Shown one piece after another: positions 1 through 13,516 of a DNA stretch of 64,000 nt. Where the stretch lies: the NCBI RefSeq assembly GCF_006345805.1, contig NC_042999.1, forward strand, positions 136,958,001 to 137,022,000, read 5' to 3'. Position 1 is the stretch's first letter. Every line of letters begins with the position of its first letter. The translations under genes and the position numbers were made by a program. The notes below the pieces were generated by a model. That model made no database searches and was not told the DNA's origin. It saw only the letters and a program-made list of their open reading frames with translations. The stretch is from Octopus sinensis. Its lineage: Eukaryota.

Positions 1-289
1 GAATGCTTTAAAGCCCTTTTTATGGCTACTTTATTTGAATTCTTACTATCAAGTAACAAATTCCATGTTATTACATAACTGACTTCATAATTTGGGTATT
101 CATAACTTATTGGGAATTCCTAAAAACAAAATTCTGTATAAGACAGTTTGGTATTCTCTGTAAATGCACAAAAACCATTTTAATGGCTACATACTTTGTA
201 TTGCTGTTATTGGATTAGCAAAACAATTATGAGAATGGAACCAAGGGATAAGCCCCACTTTCCCAGGAATTACTGGGTACATCAGCTAG
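1..289 (+). mobile_element. 3' end of a Helitron-like element
   Basis: Hairpin cccag-gaatta-ctggg shortly before CTAG (286-289), followed by T. Confidence 0.4.
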
Positions 290-1111
290 TATATATATAT
301 ATATATATATAAAGATTGAAATATCACTAACTCTGCAACCACAACTGGGTATTAATACCTTTACACAATAATGTGTTTAAGACACAAAAAATATTGTTAG
401 AGCTTGTCAAAATTTTTGGTTTTGTTGTTTTCCCATTTGTTTGCTAAAATCATAATTATCTGTGAAAGATGTATGCTCAGTTAAAGCACTCTAAAATGTC
501 TTAGTATATGAAATACATACACTAAAGAAATAGGGAAGAATATCACATATTTTGAATGTGACATATGGAATAACTGTATAGACTATTTTGCAAATGAAAT
601 TGGGTTATAAAGAAGGGAGTTTCCAGAGCTGTTGTTATTGTGAAAAAAAAATTGGGTTGAAGGAAGGGAGTTTCCAGGTTTGTTAATGTAAGAAAGAAAG
701 GGTGTTGAATGAAGTGAGTTTTCCTGATTAATCTCACCGCTTCTTTGACTTCTTTAACTTATTTAGGAAGGTGATAGCTTTTATCAGATTATTTTCATGA
801 CTGATAGAAGTAACCTAGAGAAGGTAAGCCAAGTGCTTATGAGTTATAATTTCTAATCTACCACATAGGTAGTGCTCATCATCTTAGTGGTCTTAATAGC
901 GATGATTAATTCTATTGCAGTAGAATTATAACCTAAGCTTTGCTGATCAAAGCCAACAAAGGAACTATTTTAAGTGTGTGTGTGTGTGCACACCAGTGGT
1001 ACAAAAATAGTACCTATTACATGCTGTAAAATGGTTGGTCTAGGAAGGGCATCCAGTCATAGAAACCATGCCATATGTATGTGTATGTATATATATATAT
1101 ATAATATATAT

Positions 1112-1322
1112 GTGACCGCATGTGTACCGTTGGCGATTTTTTTTTTTTCCTCCGTCTTCCCTTCTCTGGATCTTTCCTTCTCCTATGTTACTGACGAAGA
1201 GCTCCGCTCGAAACGTAAACCCTCCTTCTTTCCTCCCTTCCTGAGCATCCAATAATACTATATTTGTTCCATGTCCTCGCGTTGTTGTGTTTTCTCTTTG
1301 TGTTTTCATGTTTGGATTAACT
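1112..1322 (+). mobile_element. Penelope-type terminal repeat fragment with a hammerhead-like motif
   Basis: A short GC-richer island between TA microsatellites containing ctgacgaagagctccgctcgaaacgt. Confidence 0.45.
1191..1217 (+). ncRNA. Degenerate minimal hammerhead ribozyme motif
   Basis: CUGACGA-A-GAGC(UCC)GCUC-GAAAC-GUA. Core boxes and stem II are present; stem I is poorly paired. Confidence 0.4.
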
Positions 1323-1352
1323 ATATATATATATATATGTGTGTGTGTGTGG

Positions 1353-1384
<32 letters not shown>

Positions 1385-1509
1385 GAGGTTGTCAAGTACG
1401 AAATTTGTAGAAAAAAGAAAGTTTGCTAATGTTTTATAAATACAAGGAATAGTTATATTCATCGAAGTATGCTGTCAAAGTTTACCTTACTACAAATTTC
1501 ATCTTGATG

Positions 1510-1570
<61 letters not shown>

Positions 1571-1571
<1 letters not shown>

Positions 1572-1962
1572 CTTTATATATAAAAGTCAAGTTGTGTGTC
1601 TGTCTCCTACGATTTAGATTCCTAACTACTCCCACATTTTGCGGTGCAGTTTAACCAAAACCAGGTATCTTATAGTTGTGATTCATATCTGGGTATTAGT
1701 GTGCGTCTACAATGAGTCTACGATTTAAAAAAAAATTTACCATCATTTTTTTTCCATTTTAATGCATTTTTTCGCTATTATATAAGGGAAGTAACTCTCT
1801 AAAAATGTCTACGATGAGTCAACGATTTTTAAAAAAATTTACCATAATTTTTTTTTTCCATTTTTAATGCATGTTTTTGCTATTTTTTGGCTATAACTCT
1901 CTAAAAATGCTTATATAGTTATTTCCCTTACAAACCCGAGCATCGCCGGGCGATACTGCTAG
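1571..1962 (+). mobile_element. Non-autonomous Helitron
   Basis: A^TC...CTAG^T termini and a 3' hairpin cccg-agcatcgc-cggg. A second copy lies at 39144-39539. It carries an internal duplication of about 70-100 bp. Confidence 0.75.
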
Positions 1963-1974
1963 TATATATATATA

Positions 1975-2159
1975 TAGAACAAGTAGTAAGATAAATTTTA
2001 TTCAACACATAGATACTGAACAGTATATATATAAAGGATAAAATCTTTTTAAAGCAGAAAAATTTGTCAGCAGCCAACCATGAGGACAAATTTTATCCTT
2101 TATATATATACCGTTCAGTATCTATGCGTTGAATAAAATTTATCTTTCTACTTGTTCTA
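1975..2159. repeat. Palindromic MITE-like hairpin
   Basis: Near-perfect inverted arms of about 70 bp (tagaacaagtag...ggataaaat / attttatcc...cttgttcta). Confidence 0.8.
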
Positions 2160-2237
2160 CAATATATTTCAATGCCTCGAAAACAAACTTATTTGTTTAC
2201 ATATGGTGTAATATATGTATGTGTGTATATATGTATG

Positions 2238-2292
<55 letters not shown>

Positions 2293-2294
2293 GA

Positions 2295-2333
<39 letters not shown>

Positions 2334-4256
2334 TCAGTTTTCTATGATCATTCAGTTTTTTTTTTTACTGTATTCTTCCCTGAACTACAGGACTTGAACA
2401 TGCAATTCTTATCTGAAAGATACAGTATACTTTTGACTTTTGTTTTTTTAACCTCATCTACTTGCCAGCTGTGATCATGTTGCCTTTTCAGATGTAGTAT
2501 ATCTGGGACTATATTATCATATGTGTCCTTCTTTTCTAAGATGGTAAGATGCAATTTGAGGGAGATTTGACTGATATTTCTAGTACGTCAAGCACGTAGA
2601 GACTTGTCATTAGCTTGTCATAATTTAATGTTTATGTAGATAGTAACTATAAAGCGTCAGAATTTCGTGTCTAAGCCTGAAGTTATTACAGCTTTTCACA
2701 TTTGTTTCTCTCTCAGAACTTTCTCATCGATCATGAAGAATGGTTCCTAAATCTTACGTGCTTCATAATCACTGAATTTTCACAAAAGCTAATTTTCCAA
2801 GGACTCTTTCATTCTCTAATGTCTTTTATATCGGTTTTATTAATTTTCCAGTTTGCTTATTAGTAAATGTGGTTGCTATTCATTCTATATTGATTCATTC
2901 ATCATGTTACACAGCTGCAGACAACAGCCTTGGTGATTCTCCTTCAGTCTTTCATTACACTAAGAGTAGCTTACCTCTCTGTTAAGATTAATGCTATACA
3001 TAGAGCTTTTATCTTAAATCATCATCATTTTAATATAACTACTGCAAGCAACATTTCACTTTCCACTTTCCATGCTTGTATAAATCAGATGAGTCTGTTT
3101 GACCACATGTCTTTATGTTCCTTAAGCTGTTGATAATTAACTCCCTCAATTTTACTTCTTCAACTATCCTACTCCCATCCCTTCCTTTTAATATGTATAT
3201 CATCAATCACTTGTCTTCAGGCTTTCTTCACTTGGCTTCCCTTTGCCTAGTTCTTTGTCTTTTCATCAGCACTCTCCTTTCTGTCAGACAATCCATATCT
3301 TAGTGGACAGAACCTAACACCTTTCTTCCAATTATTAATATTATTTTTTATTATTTCATTATTAGTTTCTGTTTTGTTTTTGAAGCATTTATAGTCTGTC
3401 AATTTTTGAAACATTTATAATCTGTCAGAAATAAGAAAATAGCTTTCAAAATTAATTTAGTATAGAATGTTTTGATGATAAACTTTTGTCTGGATAAATG
3501 ATAGATGGAAGGTGTCATTGTGGTTTAATTGGTGAAATGTTCAAAATTGCCAAAATGAAATTAGATTGTAATTTGTTGAGAATGTAATTTTCTTAACCAT
3601 TTTAGGAATATCGATGGAAATATCTGTATTCTTCCCAACTTACTGATAGAAATCATGCACAACATTATTTTTTTGTAAACTTACGTATTAAATAAGACAT
3701 TAAAACATTTTCTGATCATAATCACTTGTTTTAAATTTTATCTAGTTTCAAGGCTTCTGCTCTGTGAAACAGAGATTTTCTCTTCAACTTGATATTTTGA
3801 TATTACCTTAATTACTTAGAAATACTCAACAACCTACAGACAACAGAGATGTAAAAAAGAATGTGTTTGGGGTTTTTAAAAAAGTAGTTTGAACTAATGG
3901 TGGTGAGTGCATGTAGTAAGAGTTGTAAATTAAATTTCTAAGACATCTGGTCCTTGGAGTGATGTTTTGCAGTATCTGTTATAGCTCTTTGCATTGTGAC
4001 AGCAGCATCTGCAATGACACAGATAGCAACTGTACCAGTCCAAGTCAGCAGCCTTTTCCTCAGATAAACACCACTAGAGAGGGGACACTTAGCATGGGCA
4101 ACTGCTAGTCATCTTCAAAAAATCTTGTTAGGCTTGTGTATACATTTGCAGCTGCATGCTCACCATTGACTAACAGTGCTCCTATGCTTAATGACTTGAT
4201 GACTATTGAAAGAAAGTGAGAATGTTAACCTATTTCTTCAAATAATTAATATTTAA

Positions 4257-4468
4257 CCCTTTAGCATTCAGATTATTCAGTAATGTGTAATGCTTATTCA
4301 TGTTCTGAATTAATCATGCATTATCTCATTGCCTTGAGATGTTGATGATGTGATTTTTAATTCTTAGAATGACTTTGTGGGGTGGTGTGAGAGGCTGAAT
4401 CTGGTCAGTTTGAACATAAAACTGATAGATTATATGTACCAGTTATGGTTGGTTTAAATGCTAAAAGG
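4257..4468. mobile_element. piggyBac-like MITE
   Basis: TTAA|CCCTTTAGCATT ... AATGCTAAAAGG|TTAA. A related copy lies in opposite orientation at 7569-7789. Confidence 0.65.
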
Positions 4469-5464
4469 TTAACCTTTCCCTGAATATTTTTAAATACTAC
4501 CAAAATTTCAAATCAGCATGGAAGTTCATAGTTCAGTAAGCATTTTCAGAACTTGTTGCATTCAATTCATTGTCTAGTCTGTACATATCCAGGGAGTTGT
4601 TAATAACAGCAAAACAGATGAGAAGAATTTATTATTGAGGAACTGCTTCAATTGTCATCATTTATTAAGCTGGAATGTAATTGTTGCTACAGATATTTGC
4701 TGGTGCATCATCATCATCACATTAACTTTTCCCAATCTAGCATTGGTTGAACAAAACTTCTGATGCCAAACCTTACCTACTGCCAAGTAAGGTCACATGT
4801 CTTCACAACATCAAACTGTCAAGCTGCTGGACTTTTTGTTTAAGGGGAACATAAACACATCACTGTTGCCCAGGCTCTGTCAATGTAAAGATAAACACAC
4901 ATACAAGCACAAAATATACACACAAGCACACACACCACACACACTAGGCTTCTATTTTCTGGTTTCTATTTGCCAAATCTTACTCAAAATGTTGAATAAC
5001 TCAAGGTTACAGCTGAAGATACTTGTCCAAAGTGCCATACAGTTGGATGGAACCTGAAGCTACAGAGTTGCAAAGTGAACCTTTAATCACAGTCATATTT
5101 GTAACTATATAGTGCATATCAATGTCTTATTAGTAAGACTAGTGACAAGCTGACAGAATCATTAGCACCTTAGACAAAATGCTTAGTGGCATTTCTTCCA
5201 AGTCCTTACATACTGAGCTCAATTCACACCAGGATCAACTATGCCTTTCATTTTTTGGGGGTCAATAAAATAAAGTACCAATCAAGTACTGAGGTCAGTG
5301 TAATCAACTTGCCCCTTCCCTTAAGATTGCTGCCCTTGTGCCAAATTTTGAAAGCATTATTAGTTGAAGAGACAGTGATTTTAGAATAGTGTGCACGTGT
5401 AATACCAAATATTCTTGAGTAAGCAATCACTATGCACTTAAAAAAGGCAGGCTGTTAGTTAGCT

Positions 5465-5615
5465 ATAGCTGTGTGGTAAGAAGCTTGCTTCCAAACCACA
5501 TGTTTCCAGGTTCAGTCCCACTGCATAGCACCTTGGGCAAGTGTCTTCTACTATAAACTTTGGCCAACCAAAGCTTTGTGAGTAGATTTGGTAGATAGAA
5601 ACTAAAAGAAACTTG

Positions 5616-5665
<50 letters not shown>

Positions 5666-5828
5666 CTACATCCCCTGTAACTTAGTAGGTTCAGCAAATG
5701 AGAACAGAATAAATACCAGGCTTAAAAGAAAAGTCCTGAGGTTGATTAATTCAACTAAAAAGATTCTTTAGGGTGGTGTCTCTGCATGGCTGCAGTCTAA
5801 TGACTGAAACAAGTAAAAGATAAAAGAT
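5465..5828 (+). mobile_element. tRNA-headed SINE, family with internal TA/TG microsatellite
   Basis: Head gctgtgtggtaagaagcttgcttcc...ggttcagtccc, body ccttgggcaagtgtcttctactata, internal (TA)n(TG)n, tail gactgaaacaagtaaaaga. Several copies occur in the window. Confidence 0.75.
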
Positions 5829-7568
5829 ATTTCTAAGTGGTTTCAGTTTCACCCTGTATATGAGCAGAGAGTATGTACAGTATATCATGAACTAGAAAGA
5901 TTTATATTTTTGAAGATTTTTTTGTGTTTGTTTTGTGAACAAGATATTTGGAAATTAAACAAGACAGGTGTTGGACTTGATACATTGGTACAGCTGAATT
6001 TTTCTAAGTTGTGCTGGTTGTTATATCATTTGTGTGCTGTATGATGTACATCATTGGTTTACAGTATTTTAATCTTAACTGTATGATTGAGAAATAGTTG
6101 GTTTTGTGTGGTACTGTTTTAATTTAGACTAGGCCAGAGGTAGTTCATTAAGCAACTAGGTATGATCCAGGAGTTCCTTACTCCAGTATATCATGCTTCC
6201 ACTTAGCTGAGGACTGTACTGTACACTCTGACATTCACTGGTCTATCATATCATTCCTTCTAAGAAGGAATAGCAAATTGGAATGAAATACATTTGTTTT
6301 ACTCAATGAAGTTGTTTCCAGAGCACAGTTTCAAAAAATGTCTTAATTATATTTGAATTTATTTTCTCTTTGTATAGTTGATGCTAAGGAGGCAGGTGTA
6401 GGAGAGTATAAGTATGCTGAAAAAGTGCTAGTCTTCAAATTTCAAGGACTGCAATAATAGAGTTGTCTACATGTTGGATGAAAGCTTGTTGGCAGAGAAA
6501 AAAATGTAATTGTGTGTGTGTGTGTGTGTCATTATTTCATTTTTACATTAGCTTTTGCCATACTGGTATCAGCTTGACAAATCTTATTGAGACACCCAGA
6601 TACCTTTCCTGTTGCAAAACTTCATTCATCTTGTAAAGTATTTTTTTCCCCTGGTCTTTACACATTGAACCACATGAAACTTTTGAGCTACAGGACATAT
6701 TTTTCACAGGTGATATTAATAATACCACAGTTGCTCACATGGCACCAGTATGAAGACTCAGAAACAATCATATATTTATACACACACACCCTCCATACAG
6801 TTTCCCTCTACCAAGTTTCATCCACAAGGTGTTAGTCATTTCAGTGATCTAATTGCAAACACTTGTCCGGGGTGCCACGTATTCAAATGGAATCTACTTA
6901 GTTGCAAAATGAACTTTGCAGCCTTCAACTTTTTCTATCTCAAAGGCTTTTTCAGCCTAACATTTGTGTTATTATTTAAAATTTTATGTGATGTAGCTCA
7001 AAAGTCAATGTTCCAAAAGAGAATTAGTTTGTGTTCTCTCATAACTTTATAAAATTCTTGTGATCTTAATATACACACACACACACGTATATAGTAATAA
7101 TAATAGTAATATTTTCTTTATTAGCCACAAATGCTCAGAGAGCTAGAAAAAATATGAAGTAATATTAAAGGCTCACAAAGACATCTAGGGTGAGATGAAG
7201 AAGTTATACAAAGACAAAGGGGCGAATGAAAGATGTTATATATTATTGGATGAATTAAAAATTTATAAAACACAAAAATTGACATAATTTTTTTTTTTTA
7301 GAAAGCATGATAAAACAATAATTAAAACAAGATCTTTATGTAAAATTTAAATCTCCACCTACATTAACTAGGGTACCCCACTTCCCTAACAATACCTGCT
7401 TCATCATATTATTGGAGATTGGTAATTTCAAAATCTTCTGTGATGAGTTCTTGTGTTATATTTGGCAAATGAGAGGACATGTCTTCTGGATCATAGAAAT
7501 AAAATACTTCATGATGTCTGTCAAATTTGAACTATTTATTTTAAAACAGCATTTTCCTGCTGCTTTAA

Positions 7569-7789
7569 CCCTTTAGCATTTAAACCGGCCATATCCGGCC
7601 AAAAGTATTCTGCTTGTTTTATGTTCAAACTGGCCAGATCTGGTCTCTCACACCAACCCTACAATATTGTTTTAAAAATTAACAGCTACCTCATCAAAAT
7701 CTCATTGCTACAAGATAATGCATGATTAATTCAAAACAATGTGGATGAAGAAGCATTTATTTTGGTAGAATAATGCAAACACTAAAGGG
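7569..7789. mobile_element. piggyBac-like MITE
   Basis: TTAA|CCCTTTAG ... CTAAAGGG|TTAA. Confidence 0.7.
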
Positions 7790-9796
7790 TTAAATGGGAT
7801 GCCATTTCTTTCTCAATCCATACTTCATTGGAATATCCTTCTATAGATGGTATAAATGTTTTATTAGAACTTTGATATTCATGCAAATGATTGCGAATTT
7901 CATTTCATTCAGGTAAAATAAACTAGTTCCATCCTGCTCAGAGGTCTTTGGTTCTCCTTCATGAGAGTTGGTTCTTCCTCAGCAAAGACAGTTTCTTTTC
8001 CATGGGGTTGTTCTCCACTTCACATTGTTTTTAGCTTGGGTGGTGACATTCATTGGCTCTTTTTCAATTCTTGTTTGTTTTGCTTTGCTTTATTTTTAAT
8101 GTTTGTTTTTCCCCATCAACCTCTGGTTCTCATCTTCATAAATGAATGGCTGATGCTGCTATGAAGTGGTACTTCCTGATAGTTTCAGGTTTGTTGTTCT
8201 TGCAGTGGTTCACGTCTCCTTGACTTTGTTGTTTGTGGCTGAGGTCTCATAGCTCACTCCTGGTAATGCCAACTTGCAAGTTGTGCCTGGTGTCACTCCA
8301 GGACTAACAACTTCCATGATTTGTTGGTTATTGTGTTTGTTCTTTGAGATTTTCTCTGCAGAAAGCTTTTAATTGAACTTTGGTACCAGATGTTCAACCA
8401 ACTAACAGCCAGGCTGTATACTTTGGATGCTGAACTTTAAGGTCCTCCTATCAGCACCCTATGCGGGACATAGTTCTGGTATTGTTTTGTGACTTTGCAA
8501 GGTCATGAGGTCGTGTATATCCATGGTGATCCCACTCAACCAGTATCATCAAATGATACATCAGCACTGACCACCTACCCATATTCTGCTACAAAGATGA
8601 CTGTTAGCCAAGGTGGTCATTATCACTGGTGTTCCTGACACTGTCCTTTGTGCTCCTACTTTCTAAATGCTGTGGGACCAGCAGATATGAGTAAGTGTAT
8701 TGCACATTATTTTGCCATGCACTTTCACTTCATACTTAGTCTTAAAGATGACATTTATAGCACCATATGCCCCCCTCTTACCTTGTAAGATATTCTGCTT
8801 GAAATGTTTACCGGGTTGTCACTAATTCATGTTTCAATGGCATTAAATAATCTATTGTGTGCTTGGTCATGCATAGAAGATGCTCACAATACGACCATTA
8901 GGGCATGGCTTAAGCATACAGGGCTCAATAAGCCTAACCAACTTATAGAAATACCAACCCAATAACATGCTAAGAACAGGTGACAGTCAAGTTCCATGAT
9001 CACTGAAGCCTGTAGGCAAAGTATATGAAGAAATGGCTGAATATTCCACAGTTTAGATCCATTGTCAAGATTGCAGAGCAAGACAGTTGGTGGTCTTGAA
9101 TCTGAGTCTTAACCAGTCATCTGGTACTTTGTTTTTAACTGACATATAGACTAATTGGTAATCTGTTGTTTGAGACTAAACTAGATTAGTTCTGTATAGT
9201 TACTGATGTCTAGGTGACCTGATTTGTAATCTTAAACTGAATTTAAGTTGATTTGTTACTTATTCATGATACTTAATTGAACTGAGGTTATGGATGCTAT
9301 ACAGTGTTCTTCACAGGAACATAACAGATTTGAACTCGCTTCAATCATCCTACTTCTATTTGATCATTTTACAATGCATACATGTGCACATAAACACAAT
9401 TACTGCCTGTAGACACAAACACACATGTGCACACGCATACAGCAAGTACATTTAACACCCACACATGCACCCTCATTCAACATATACAATTCAATATACA
9501 CATGCACACACATACCAATATGGAAAATGGATGTTAAATGATGGTGATTACAATGACACATGCACACACATTCACTACATACACATTGCATACAACATTA
9601 CTCCATCATTATCTCAGTTACAAAGTGACATTCAAGCTATTAATGTTTAGCCCTTGGTGAACATTGATTAAGCAAACCTATGATCAAATGCATTCCACTT
9701 GTAACCATCTCATGTTTCTCCTATGTGGGAGAATCTAGGACCATATTATCTGGAATGTTCCTTCTTAAGATTGTAGTGTTTAATTTTAGAAAGATT

Positions 9797-11258
9797 TTAC
9801 TGTTGTTTCTGAATTGTCGACTGCAGAACTCATAGTGTTCCTGATGATGTAGCTGTTGCTGTTGGTGGTATTGGTTGTGGTGGTGATAGTGTAGTGGAGA
9901 TATTGAAATTAGGGTGTTGGTGGTTGAGTGCAATATCTTGATAATTCCAATGTCTTAAATGCTTTATGGTATCCTGTCTCCTTGTTGCCTTTAGTTTGTT
10001 CCTACGTTCTCAGCCATGAAATTAACATGGAAAGATGTTTTTCTATTTTTTCCCGTTTTTGCTGAGACTTTTCTTTTCTCCATTCTTTTTTTTTTTTTTT
10101 TTTTTTAGATCATGTAGTTAAAAATCTTATTTGGAACTAAATCGTTTAATAGTTTACTTACACTGTGTGGGCACTATTTGGTGTCTTCAACAATAGCTGT
10201 GTATTAACCAAATCCATACAGATGAAATTTGGTAAATGGAAACTGTAAGAAGCCTGTTTTATGTGCATGTGTGTGAGTGAGCATGTGTTTGTTCATGACT
10301 GCCCTGTTGTCTTGACATGTATAGACTAATTGTAAATGATAGTCATCATCATACAACCGGTGTTATTTCTTTGCAGTCTTCCATGAAAATATGTTTTGCT
10401 ATTGAGCTGCTCATTGTTGTGGGGAAAATTTTTACTGTAATCATTAGCTAACTAGAAAACAACATGAAATTTTGGAAAGGGAAGGGTTTCCAGCTGTAAG
10501 AAGAATCTGCCTCAACAAATTAATCTACCCATGCATGCATGGCAAAAGTGGACATCATCATCATCAGTATTATTTTATTAATTACTGTTGTTTCTGAATT
10601 GTCGACTGCAGAACTCATAGTGTTCCTGATGATGTAGCTGTTGCTGTTGGTGGTATTGGTTGTGGTGGTGATAGTGTAGTGGAGATATTGAAATTAGGGT
10701 GTTGGTGGTTGAGTGCAATATCTTGATAATTCCAATGTCTTAAATGCTTTATGGTATCCTGTCTCCTTGTTGCCTTTAGTTTGTTCCTACGTTCTCAGCC
10801 ATGAAATTAACATGGAAAGAATATTTCTATTTTTTCCCGTTTTTGCCTGAGACTTTTCTTTTCTCCATTCTTTTTTTTTTTTTTTTTTTTTTTTTTAGAT
10901 CATGTAGTTAAAAATCTTGTTTTGGAACTAAATCGTTTAATAGTTTACTTACACTGTGTGGGCACTATTTGGTGTCTTCAACAATAGCTGTGTATTAACC
11001 AAATCCATACAGATGAAATTTGGTAAATGGAAACTGTAAGAAGCCTGTTTGGTGTTATTTCTTTGCAGTCTTCCATGAAAATATGTTTTGCTATTGAGCT
11101 GCTCATTGTTGTGGGGAAAATTTTTACTGTAATCATTAGCTAACTAGAAAACAACATGAAATTTGGAAAGGGAAGGGTTTCCAGCTGTAGAAGAATCTGC
11201 CTCAACAAATTTCATCTAACCCATGCATGCATGGGAAAGTGGACATCATCATCATCAT
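9797..11258. repeat. Near-identical tandem duplication (copies start at 9797 and 10582)
   Basis: Period 785 bp. Copy 2 lacks about 80 bp (around 10260-10338 of copy 1); the other differences are mostly 1-bp indels. Confidence 0.9.
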
Positions 11259-11276
11259 TATTATTTTTATTATTAT

Positions 11277-11736
11277 CAAGGCAGCAAGCTGGCAGAATTG
11301 TTAACACATCGAGTGAAATGCTCAGTGGTATTTCATCTGCCTTCATATTCTGAGTTCAAATTTCGTCGAGGTCAACTTTGCTGTTCATCCTTTCAGGGTT
11401 GATAAGTTAAGTAACAGTGAAACACTGAGGTTGATGTACGTGACTCATCCCCAAAAAAAGTTGACCTTGTGGCAAAATTTGAAAGCATTATTATTATTTT
11501 ATTATTATTATTATTATTATTATTATCATCATCATCATTATTAAGGCAGCAAACTGGCAGAATTGCTAGCACACTGGATGAAATTCTTACCAGTATTTTG
11601 CTTGTTGCTATGTTCTGAGTTCATATTCTGCTGAGATCAGCTTTGCCTTTCATCTTTTCAGGGTCAGTAAATTAAGTACCAATGAAATTCTGGAGTCAAT
11701 ATAATCGATTAGTCCCCTCCCCAAAAAGTTCAGGCC

Positions 11737-11776
<40 letters not shown>

Positions 11777-13136
11777 CATCATTATTATGTAAGGCAGCAA
11801 GCTGGCAGAATCATTAACATAGTGGACAAAATACTTAGTGGCATTTCATCCATCACTGCATCCTGAGTTCAAATTCTGCCAAGTTTGACTTTACCTTTCA
11901 ATAAAATAAGTATCAGTTGAGCACTTGATATAATTGTCTTAACCCCTTCCTCAAAATTGCTGATTCTGTGCCAAAGTTTGAAACCACCATCATTATTATT
12001 TGAGTTGGCAGAATTGTTAATGCACCAGGCAAAATGCTTAGTAACATTTCATCCAGCTTCATATTATGAGTTCAAATTCCACCAAGGTCAGCTTTACTTT
12101 TCATCCTTTTGGAGTCGATAAAATAAGTACCAGTTGAGTACTGGGCTTGATGTAATCAACTTACACCCTCCCCCGAAACTGCTGGTCTTGTGCCAAAATT
12201 TGAAATCATTATTATTATAAAGAAGGTGGCAAGCTGGCAGTATTGTTACCTTATGGGAGAAAATGCTCAACAGCATTTTGTCCAACTTTACATTCTGAGT
12301 TCAAATTCTGATAAAGTTGACTTTGCCTTTCATTCTTTCAGGGTCGATAAAATAAGTACCAGTTGAGCACTGAGGCTGATGTAACTGACTTTCCTCCTGC
12401 CCTGAACTTGCTGGTTTTGTACCAAAATCTGAAACCATACTAGCAGAATCATTACCGTGCCAGGCAAAATGCTTAGAAGCATTTTGTTCATCTTTACATT
12501 CTGAGTTTTTAAACTCCATTGAAAACAACTTTGCCTTTCATCATTTTGGGGTCAATAAAATGAGTATTACTTGAGTAATGGGGTCAATGTAATTGACCAG
12601 TCTCCTCCCCCCAAATTTCAGGCATTGTGCCTTTAGTAGAAAGGACTATTGTTATTATTATTGAGAGAGCAGTGCATGCTATCAAAGTGACACTGGGGTA
12701 AAATATACGGAGCCCAGTATACCTATCATGACTACCCATATGATAAGGGTACATCAGCACATGCATCACAACCATATGTGCATGACATGGTGATCTCATA
12801 TCAAGATAAACAGCACATGACCTTGCAGGTGGGGCCCAGTTAAAACGGTCCCTGAATAAGGGTTGTTGAACAAAATACCAATGTTTCCAGAGATGAATTA
12901 TTGAAATCCCAAAAAATTCCTCTCAGCACATGGTTACGATGCTCCCCCACTACTCTGCTCATGATCAGAGATGCATATATCGACAGCCACTAAGGGTTAT
13001 GCTCAACTGGTTAAGGTAAAGCAACTGACAAGCAAATCTGGTATTGAGCAGAATATTTGCTGTAGCCCATCTTTTATACCAAGACAAAACAATGTACATG
13101 ATAACACTTCCAATCAGTTAAGATCAGAAGGGCCAC

Positions 13137-13187
<51 letters not shown>

Positions 13188-13210
13188 GCCTTGTGCCTAT
13201 AGTAGAAAGG

Positions 13211-13258
<48 letters not shown>

Positions 13259-13474
13259 GCAGTGAGCTGACAGAATTGTGAACATGCTGGATGAAATGCT
13301 TAGCAGTATTTCATCTGCCACTATGTTCTGAGTTCAAATTCCGCTGTTGTTGACTTTGCCTTTCATCCTCTCGAGGTTGATTAAATAAGTTTCAGTTACG
13401 CACTGGGGTTGATGTAATTGACTTAATCCCTTTCCCCAAATTTGAGGCCTTGTGCTTCCAGTAGAAAGGATTAA

Positions 13475-13516
<42 letters not shown>

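Noticed and set aside
2492-2543. 52-nt segment with a good acceptor and donor (ttttcag / atg|gtaaga) as a possible Nrx-IV exon
   Set aside because: To end in phase 1 it must start in phase 0, which reads ATG TAG. The other frames do not resemble laminin-G sequence.
9721-9933. His/Gln-rich ORF, and T-run acceptor-like sites at about 10109 and 10899
   Set aside because: The ORF is low-complexity trinucleotide sequence. All frames after the acceptors hit stops before a donor.
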